From: an uncultured Verrucomicrobia subdivision 3 bacterium
GTDB taxonomy: Bacteria > Verrucomicrobiota > Verrucomicrobiia > Limisphaerales > UBA11358
Assembly (NCBI GenBank): GCA_903861445.1
Contig: CAIOUK010000072.1
Location: 1-33,883, forward strand
Direction of reading: 5' to 3'
Length of the DNA stretch: 33,883 nt
Every line of letters begins with the position of its first letter. The first letter of the stretch is position 1. A program made the position numbers and the translations under genes. Positions 9,356 through 16,674 of the stretch are shown piece after piece. The notes below the pieces were generated by a model. It was not told the DNA's origin. It was given only the letters and a program-made list of their open reading frames with translations, and did not search any database.

Positions 9356-10714
9356 ATGAAGCGGCGGGATTTTTTGAAAATCACCGGCACAAGTGCGGCT
9401 GCGTTCGCCTTGTTTCCGGAGGATTGGGTTTGTGCCGCTACCCCCACGGCCTTGGCCATCCGGGAATTTTTACAATCGGACAACCCCAAGGTGCTGGCGC
9501 TGGCGCAACGCGTCTTCGACAAATGCGTTTTAGAAAGACTGCGAACGCCGACGGAACCGTTCCTTCACACTTGGATTCAGGCGGGCGGGGACTATTACAA
9601 AGGCCAGTGGATTTGGGACACCATGTTCGTCGTGGACTTGCTCGCCATCCTGCCCGAACAGAAAAAAACGATTCGCGATATTTTTCAGAACTATTGGGAT
9701 TTTCAGGATCGTTGGAATAAATCCATGCCGGACTACGCGCACGACATGGTGACGGTGGCCATCAAGACCGCGCCGCAGGCGGTCCGGCAGTTTTCGCAAA
9801 TTCCCCTTCTGGCTTGGGGCGTGGAACGCGTCTATCTGCGCAACGGCGACAAGAAATTATTGGAGCAAAGCCTCGGGCGGCTCGAACGGTTCCACGACTG
9901 GTATTGGCGCGAGCGCGATGTCACCAACAGCGGTTTGATTGCCGTCGGTTCCTACAGCGGCATCGTGCAACATGCGCGGTGGGAAACCTACGATTACGAC
10001 GCCTCAATGGATGGTTTGAAACTCACGCCGCATCCGACGTGCAAGGGGCTGACGGAAGGCGCGTGGTATGGCGATGTCTGCGTGACGGGCAACACCGCCT
10101 ATTTGATTTTAGCCGAGCGAAGTCTGGCACGACTGGCAAACGTCATGGGCGATAAAGCCATGGCGGCACGGCGCGAACAGCGGATTAATAAATCCGTCCA
10201 AGCCATGCGCGATCATATGTGGGATGAAAAAGCCGGAACCTTTCTGGCGGTCAACCGTGACTCGCTGGAAAAAATCCCCGGAGCGACGATTGGCAGCTGG
10301 ATTCCTTTGGCGGCCGGCGTTCCCACTCAAACCATGGCCGACCGCATGGCGGAAGTGCTGGCTTCGCCTGACTGGATGACGCCGCTGCCCGTGCCCACGC
10401 TCGCGCGCAACGATCGGCGTTGGAAGGCCAATGGCTTCTGGCGCGGCGATGTCTGGCCGGCGACGAATTACCAGATTGCCACCGGTTTGGCCGCTTACGG
10501 GCACAAGGATTTGGCCGGCGACATTGCCGACAAGACCATCGCCAACGCCGTCCAACACGGTATCAACGAGCACTACGATTCTGTCACTGGCAAGCCGTTG
10601 GGGGTTTCAGATTATAGCATGAGTTGCACGTTGGTCACCATGATGCTGGACGGGCTGGCGCAAACACACACGCTGAAGCCGCTCGCCAAAAGCGGCGTTA
10701 AATTAATTTTGTAA
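9356..10714 (+). CDS. Tat-exported (alpha/alpha)6 glycoside hydrolase, GH63/MGH1/trehalase-like
   Basis: Twin-arginine signal MKRRDFLK; YKGQWIWDTMF, FSQIPLLAWG, FWRGDVWPATNY, EHYDSVTG motifs. Confidence 0.8.
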   Translation: MKRRDFLKITGTSAAAFALFPEDWVCAATPTALAIREFLQSDNPKVLALAQRVFDKCVLERLRTPTEPFLHTWIQAGGDYYKGQWIWDTMFVVDLLAILPEQKKTIRDIFQNYWDFQDRWNKSMPDYAHDMVTVAIKTAPQAVRQFSQIPLLAWGVERVYLRNGDKKLLEQSLGRLERFHDWYWRERDVTNSGLIAVGSYSGIVQHARWETYDYDASMDGLKLTPHPTCKGLTEGAWYGDVCVTGNTAYLILAERSLARLANVMGDKAMAARREQRINKSVQAMRDHMWDEKAGTFLAVNRDSLEKIPGATIGSWIPLAAGVPTQTMADRMAEVLASPDWMTPLPVPTLARNDRRWKANGFWRGDVWPATNYQIATGLAAYGHKDLAGDIADKTIANAVQHGINEHYDSVTGKPLGVSDYSMSCTLVTMMLDGLAQTHTLKPLAKSGVKLIL

Positions 10715-10736
10715 CAAACAGATTGCGTCCGACGTC
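10710..10736 (+). promoter_or_regulatory. Putative ECF-sigma-type promoter, copy 3
   Basis: TGTAAC-N17-CGTC overlapping the upstream stop codon. 10705-10740 aligns with 6031-6065 (aattttgtaacaaa...tcc.acgtccatc). Confidence 0.55.
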
Positions 10737-10780
10737 CATCACTGGCCATCATATTTTTTGAACATAAATTGATTTCAACC

Positions 10781-12931
10781 ATGAAGACCGCCCATCGAAA
10801 ACCCTGCGCGATTATGCCGAAAACATTTTTGATCATAACCTGTCTCTTGGTAGCGGCTCTGGGCGTGCTGCCGGTCGGGGCGAAGGAAAAGAAAAAAGGG
10901 GCGGCCGCCGTGCCCGCAACTCCACTCACGGATGTCGGGAACAAGCTGCAGGCGCAATATGCCGAGCAACTCGCGGCGATACGGGCGGAGATTGAAAAGG
11001 CTTTGCCCGCTGTGTCCGCGCAAAAAAAGGCGGCTTTGCAAAATGCAGAAGCCGCCGTCGCGGCGGCGCAGAAAATGGCCGAGGCCGCCAACGCCTCTGC
11101 CAGCACGGCCAATAACACCAAGGCTAAAATAGATAATTGGAAGAAATTTTGGGTGGGCAAGGACAAAAAGGCCATTGCCACGGAACAGGCTAATCTGGCG
11201 TCCGCGCCCACGGCGGCGGCCCGCCAAGCTTCGCAGCAAAAGATTGCCGAATTGCAAGCGAACATGGCCGAGGGCGAAAAGAAGATTGCAGAAGCACAGG
11301 CTGAATTAACTAGAGAAAAAATTGGCCAGGACGCGCGGACGGCGGCGAGCGAATCCGCCAAAGCAGCCTTGGCCCGGGCACGCGCCAATGAAGTCAGCGC
11401 GGCTAGGGCACTCTTGGCGGATGTGGAACCGTTTTTAAGCAACGACCAGTTGGACGCGAAACTGGTCAAAGGTGCCGTGCTGGCGCATGGGACGCCGCAC
11501 GGATTGGCGACGTTTGCGCAGCAAGGAGCGGAGCAGTCGGGCTTGGTGGAAAAACTTTTGGCGGACACGGCTTTGATGAAACAGATGCTGGAGGCGGGCG
11601 GTGCGGCGTTCGGTAAATATGGTCAGGCCATCCAGATTTATACCGCCATTCAAAAAGCCAGCCCGAAGGCCAAGGACGGCGTTTTGCAGCGCTTGGCGCT
11701 GGCGGTCAGCTTGGAATTGGCTGGGGGGATTAAGCAGAAAAATCCCGAGGCACAAGCTAATGCGCCGGTTTATGTGGATCCGGTGAAGCGCTATTTGCAC
11801 TATGAAAAGGCTTATCTTGACGGCGAGCTGGATTCGGCGTTCAAGACGCTTACCGCGTGGGAATATCGGCTGGTCGTGGACTCTGACGCGCCGGATCAGA
11901 TTCTGGCGTGGGGGCGCGAGGCGCTTCGGAATTACCGGCCGGATCATGTCACGAATCCGAATTACGGCTGGCGCTATTCCATGGCCGTCAGGACGGAGGT
12001 TCCCTACGGTTCCCAAAATGTCGCATACGATCTCCCCGACTTACAAGAGTATCAAAACATCGCCAAGGATGGCGGCGTGTGTGGTCGCCGCGCGTTCTTT
12101 GGCCGGTTTATCCTGAAAAGTTTTGGCATCCCGTCTTGGGGTGTGACCCAGCACGGCCATGCGGCGTTGAGCCATTGGACGCCCAAAGGCTGGGTAATCA
12201 ATCTGGGCGCCGGGTTTGAGCATAGTTGGTGGGACAAGAGCGATGTTTCGCTTAGCGGGACACAATTTCTGCTGGAGACGGAAGCGCGGGCGAATGCGCC
12301 GGAATACTTGAAGGTGCTGCGGGCGCAATGGGTGAATTTTATTCTAGGCGAGGAAGCCTACAATGACCGCAAGCAGATTGCCGGCGGCCTGTGGAGCAAT
12401 CTGGCTCATTACAAATCAGTGGTCATCGCGTCTCAATCAGTTGCGCTGGGGCCGCTTGGCGAAGAATTAGCCGAGGCAAATGAACCGGCGGAAAAACCGA
12501 CCGCAGGGGAAGCGCCAATCAAAGCGGCGGATCAGCAAGTGGTGGCGAATCCGAGTGGCTCCATCATCATTCCGGCCGTGGCGCACAGCGCCGCAGTAGG
12601 AAAAAGCATGAATTTGAAAAGCTATTCTGGCGGGGTGCAGTTGAATTGCGAGGGTGGTTTCAAGACCCAGTATTCATTTAACGCCCCGCAAGCTGGCAAG
12701 TATCTGCTGACGCTGCGGGTGGCGACGTTGCAAACAGGTCAGAAGTTTCTGCTGGCGGCCAACAGCGCCCATTCGGCTGAAGTCGCGGTTCCCTACACCC
12801 TCGGCATGTGGCAGGAGACCAAGCCGGTCGAAGTCGCTCTGGTCAAAGGCCAGAACACCCTCAACTTCGAGAGCGAACAAAAGAGCCGCGGAGTGGCCAT
12901 CAAACAATTCCTGCTGACGCCGGCAAAATAA
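10781..12931 (+). CDS. Secreted uncharacterised protein: coiled-coil N-terminus, transglutaminase-like core, CBM-like C-terminus (paralog 2)
   Basis: Signal peptide; GGVCGRRAFFGRFILKSFGIP...GHA...GWVINLG. Shares VDPVKRYLH.EKA.L.GELD, LAWGRE.LRNYRPD and GMWQETKPVE with paralog 1. Start is 10781 or 10814. Confidence 0.75.
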   Translation: MKTAHRKPCAIMPKTFLIITCLLVAALGVLPVGAKEKKKGAAAVPATPLTDVGNKLQAQYAEQLAAIRAEIEKALPAVSAQKKAALQNAEAAVAAAQKMAEAANASASTANNTKAKIDNWKKFWVGKDKKAIATEQANLASAPTAAARQASQQKIAELQANMAEGEKKIAEAQAELTREKIGQDARTAASESAKAALARARANEVSAARALLADVEPFLSNDQLDAKLVKGAVLAHGTPHGLATFAQQGAEQSGLVEKLLADTALMKQMLEAGGAAFGKYGQAIQIYTAIQKASPKAKDGVLQRLALAVSLELAGGIKQKNPEAQANAPVYVDPVKRYLHYEKAYLDGELDSAFKTLTAWEYRLVVDSDAPDQILAWGREALRNYRPDHVTNPNYGWRYSMAVRTEVPYGSQNVAYDLPDLQEYQNIAKDGGVCGRRAFFGRFILKSFGIPSWGVTQHGHAALSHWTPKGWVINLGAGFEHSWWDKSDVSLSGTQFLLETEARANAPEYLKVLRAQWVNFILGEEAYNDRKQIAGGLWSNLAHYKSVVIASQSVALGPLGEELAEANEPAEKPTAGEAPIKAADQQVVANPSGSIIIPAVAHSAAVGKSMNLKSYSGGVQLNCEGGFKTQYSFNAPQAGKYLLTLRVATLQTGQKFLLAANSAHSAEVAVPYTLGMWQETKPVEVALVKGQNTLNFESEQKSRGVAIKQFLLTPAK

Positions 12932-13010
12932 CCAACCGGTATTCCCCGGCCGCTGCAACGCGGCTCTGAATCATGCAGCTTGTCCTAGCTTGCCGGTGGG
13001 TCGGAGCGTC

Positions 13011-13242
13011 ATCGGCCAGGACAAGAAATTCGCGCGGGAGTTTTTCAGCCGCAACGCCGACAAGTTACTGTTTGGCACGGACAGCGGCTTGTGGTCGCTT
13101 AAGCTGGGGAACAAAGCCTGCGCCGGAGTTTGCCCTGATTGACGAACTGAAGCTGCCGAAGGAAGTCGAGGACAAGATTTGCCGGGGCAATGCCGAGCGA
13201 CTATTCTGGAGTCAGAAGCCGGAAAACTTTTTTACGAAATGA
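13011..13242 (+). pseudogene. Frameshifted C-terminal remnant of an amidohydrolase-family gene
   Basis: From 13011: IGQDKKFAREFFSRNADKLLFGTDSG. After a frame change near 13105-13116: PAPEFALIDELKLPKEVEDKICRGNAERLF. LFGTD and KI..GNA.RL are typical Amidohydro_2 C-terminal motifs. The N-terminal part is missing. Confidence 0.75.
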
Positions 13243-13255
13243 AAAGTTAATAAGG

Positions 13256-14008
13256 ATGAAAACAAAATTAACCATGATTAAACTAAAATCATTCACAACG
13301 TTTTTTCTGGTCGCGCTGTTGCCGACGGCAACGTTTGCGTTTGAGAAAGATAGATCTGCGAAACCGGCGGTGCTGCCACCGAATCCCAATAATCTGCCCA
13401 AGGTATTGCTCATCGGCGACTCAATCTGCGGCGGCTATTGCAAGGCGGTTGCCAAAGCCCTTGAGGGCAAGGCCGTGGTGGGCAAGAGCAGCGACAATGG
13501 CGAGTCCACGGCGGTCGGAGTCATAAAAATAGATGGGTGGCTGGGCGATACCAAGTGGGATGTCATCCACTTCAACTGGGGTGTGTGGGACATGTATGGC
13601 TGGCAGTATGCAGCGGACGACCGATCGCCGGCAGCGTATGCGCAAAGACTCGAAATATTGGTTGTCCGTATGAAGAAGACCGGAGCCAAACTGATTTGGG
13701 CGACAACCACACCAGTTCCACCAAAACCCGAGACGGCCATGCTCAAGCGTTTCAAAAAAGAAGTGGTGATCAGTCCGGAGCTTGAACGCCAATATCGGGA
13801 AGCGGCGTTGAAAGTCATGAAGAAGTATGAAGTGACGGTGGATGATTTATACTCAGTGATGAAGCCGCATCAGAAGGAATTTCAAGCCGAAGACAATGTC
13901 CACTTCTCGCCCGGCGGATACAGCCTGCTGGCACAGCAGGTTGCCAAAGTCATTCTTCAGGAACTTAAACCGGCAGAGAAGAATCCGTCGTCAGCCAATC
14001 CAAAATAA
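13256..14008 (+). CDS. Secreted SGNH/GDSL hydrolase
   Basis: Signal peptide; LPKVLLIGDSICGGY, KWDVIHFNWG, GAKLIWATTTPVP, DNVHF. Paralog of the sulfatase C-terminal domain. Start is 13256 or 13274. Confidence 0.85.
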   Translation: MKTKLTMIKLKSFTTFFLVALLPTATFAFEKDRSAKPAVLPPNPNNLPKVLLIGDSICGGYCKAVAKALEGKAVVGKSSDNGESTAVGVIKIDGWLGDTKWDVIHFNWGVWDMYGWQYAADDRSPAAYAQRLEILVVRMKKTGAKLIWATTTPVPPKPETAMLKRFKKEVVISPELERQYREAALKVMKKYEVTVDDLYSVMKPHQKEFQAEDNVHFSPGGYSLLAQQVAKVILQELKPAEKNPSSANPK

Positions 14009-14021
14009 ATACCGCTACCGT

Positions 14022-16424
14022 ATGAACGCACGTCCAATCCGCCAAATCCAGGTAAGGCCAATTTATCGCCGAAAATATTGGCTATTAATTTTTGCCGGTT
14101 TATTTATCCATATCGTCAATGTGAAGGCGGCCGCCGATGGGCCGATGGGGGTTGAGCGCGTCGCCCGGCCGGCCAAGCAAAACTACGCGAGCCCTTCGGT
14201 GACGAACCAAGATACCGTGTGCTGGGTGCAGGTGGATTTGCAGCGGTCGCTGCCCGTCGAAAAAGTTAAATTGTTTCCCATCGTCGATTGGAACTGGCTG
14301 GGCCCGATCAAAACTCAAAATTTTCCAGCCCGCTTCAAAATCGAGACGTCCGACGATCCGGAGTTTCGAACCGCCAGTCTCGTGGTTGATCAGACTGGTG
14401 CCGATTTTCCCAACACTGAAGACGCCGTCATCATATTCCCCGGCAACCGCGCGGCGGGGCGTTATGTGCGCCTCACCGCCACCCGCTTGAACGGCAAGAA
14501 ACTTTGCTTGATGCGGTTCGAGGTCTGGTCGGGCGGCACGAATGTGGCCGAAGGCTGTCCGGTCGCCGATTCGTTCAAGGGGAATTTGGGCGTGACGGAT
14601 CTTACCCGCAAAAGTCGGCCGCAAGATGAAGTGGTGACGGATAATCCCGGCAACATCCTGCCGGTCGCGCAATGGAAACCAGTGGCTTATCAAGCGCAAG
14701 CTCCGCTCGGCGGGGTGCATCTCGGCGAAGGTTTGTTCAAGACCGCGATGCAAAACAACATCACCTATCTGATGAGCACGGCCACGGTGGATGAAATGGT
14801 GCGCGATTTCCGCGAGCGCGCCGGCAAGTCGAATCCAAAAGGCCTGCGCAAGCCCAGCTATTTTTGGGATACCATGTTGGCTGGTCAGAACGCCGGCCGC
14901 TTCCTGATGGGAGCCGGTAACACCCTGCGCTGGATGGAAGATGCCGCCCTGCGCCAGCGCATGAATGAAGTTGTGGATGTGATTGCCGAGTGCCGTCGGC
15001 CTGACGGCTACATCATGGCTTTTCCGGCTGACGCCATTTTCACTTCGGAACGCGCGGCCTACACCCGGGCCTGGGTGACGCATGGGTTGATTGAAGCGGG
15101 CTACGCCGGGAATCCTAAAGCCTTTCCTTTGTTGCGCGGATTTTATGATTGGTTCAATCACAGTCCCTATTTGCCCGAACTGTTGCGTCGGCCGATCCAA
15201 GGGCAGCAGGGAACGATCGCCGATACCCGAGTCTATTTCACGCCCATTGGCAAACCGGAGGATCTACAGGTGGTGCAGCGTTATTTTCAAGAAGACTACT
15301 GGCTGGACCAGTTAGCCAAACGTGATCTGAAGGCGATTTGGAAATATCCGTATGACCGGCCGCACTGCTATCTGCTCACCGCGTTGGAGCCTTATCTGGA
15401 TTTGTATCGTGCGACCGGCGAACGCAAATATCTGGAGGCCGCAAAAGGTGGCTGGGAATTGTTTCACGACGACTGGGAACAAATCGGCGGATGTATCTCC
15501 ATCATTGAAGGCAAAGTTTGTCCCCCGAAATCGTATCTCTATCACGGCACCGGCGAACTCTGCGGGAGCGTTTTCATGGCGCGCTTGAGCCAGCGATTCC
15601 ATCTGCTCTATCCCGATGAGGACAAGTATGTCGAAGAGATCGAAAAAGCCATTTACAATGTCACGCTGGCGAATCAGCTGGGGGATGAAGGCATTCTTTA
15701 CCACGCCAATCTGGTCGGTCGCAAAGATGACAAGATTCCCCACGATATCGGCACCTGCTGCGAAGGACAAGGGACACGGATGATCGGGTCGCTGCCGGAA
15801 TATATTTATTCCATTGCCCCGGACGGCCTCTATGTTGATTTATTCGCCGCCTCGGAGATTACCTGGCAACAAAACAGCCAGACGCTCAAGGTGCAGATGA
15901 CCACCCGTTTTCCATTCGACAACAAAGTGGCCTTGCGCTTCTTACTGGCTGCCCCCACCGCATCAAAAATCCGCGTGCGCGTGCCGGCGTGGGCGGCCAA
16001 ACCCATGCCGATTCTGGTCAACGACCAACTTGTGGCAACCGGTGTGCCCGGCACCTATGTTACATTGGAGCGCACGTGGAAAGATGGCGACAATATCACT
16101 TTTACGCTGCCGGCTGAATTACAGATGACGAAATACACCGGTCAGGAAGCCACCGCCAAAAACCCGCGCTATGCCTTGCAATACGGTCCCATCTTGCTGG
16201 CGGCCGTCGGCACCGGCGCGGACAGCCCGGAAGCGCATTTTGCCTGCGATAGCGCCAGTCTCCTGAACCGCATCAAACCCAAAGCGGGGCAGCCGCTGCA
16301 CTTCTCCATCGAAGGCGAACCCAACTACAGCTTCATCCCTTATTGGGAAGTTCCGACAAAGCATAATTTTACCTGTTTCCCAACCTTCGCCGATAGCGGA
16401 GATCATCTGCCTGTTCGCCCATGA
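14022..16424 (+). CDS. GH127/GH146-like beta-L-arabinofuranosidase-family protein with N-terminal discoidin (F5/8C, CBM32-like) domain
   Basis: WVQVDL...GRYVRL...FEVW discoidin domain; DGYIMA, GELCGS and TCCEGQG (Zn/Cys site), GLYVDLF, RVRVPAWA, YGPILLA. Start at 14022 avoids overlap. Confidence 0.87.
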   Translation: MNARPIRQIQVRPIYRRKYWLLIFAGLFIHIVNVKAAADGPMGVERVARPAKQNYASPSVTNQDTVCWVQVDLQRSLPVEKVKLFPIVDWNWLGPIKTQNFPARFKIETSDDPEFRTASLVVDQTGADFPNTEDAVIIFPGNRAAGRYVRLTATRLNGKKLCLMRFEVWSGGTNVAEGCPVADSFKGNLGVTDLTRKSRPQDEVVTDNPGNILPVAQWKPVAYQAQAPLGGVHLGEGLFKTAMQNNITYLMSTATVDEMVRDFRERAGKSNPKGLRKPSYFWDTMLAGQNAGRFLMGAGNTLRWMEDAALRQRMNEVVDVIAECRRPDGYIMAFPADAIFTSERAAYTRAWVTHGLIEAGYAGNPKAFPLLRGFYDWFNHSPYLPELLRRPIQGQQGTIADTRVYFTPIGKPEDLQVVQRYFQEDYWLDQLAKRDLKAIWKYPYDRPHCYLLTALEPYLDLYRATGERKYLEAAKGGWELFHDDWEQIGGCISIIEGKVCPPKSYLYHGTGELCGSVFMARLSQRFHLLYPDEDKYVEEIEKAIYNVTLANQLGDEGILYHANLVGRKDDKIPHDIGTCCEGQGTRMIGSLPEYIYSIAPDGLYVDLFAASEITWQQNSQTLKVQMTTRFPFDNKVALRFLLAAPTASKIRVRVPAWAAKPMPILVNDQLVATGVPGTYVTLERTWKDGDNITFTLPAELQMTKYTGQEATAKNPRYALQYGPILLAAVGTGADSPEAHFACDSASLLNRIKPKAGQPLHFSIEGEPNYSFIPYWEVPTKHNFTCFPTFADSGDHLPVRP

Positions 16425-16674
16425 AACATCGCTCAATATTTAAAAAAGAGCTGTCCTAGATAACGCACAAAATGTTTTATAAAAGGCGGCATGAACAAAC
16501 ATTGAATCCGTTCCGGAAAACAGGTCAGGCGGATGGAGCCTTTTGTGGCTGGTATGACGGCGCGGATGGCAGCAGAGTTAAAGACCGTAAATGAAACCAA
16601 ACGGAAATGGAGAAAGTGCTCAACGAAGTAATGCGCCGGCAGCTTCGGTGAAACTTGATTAAAAATAGATTTTT

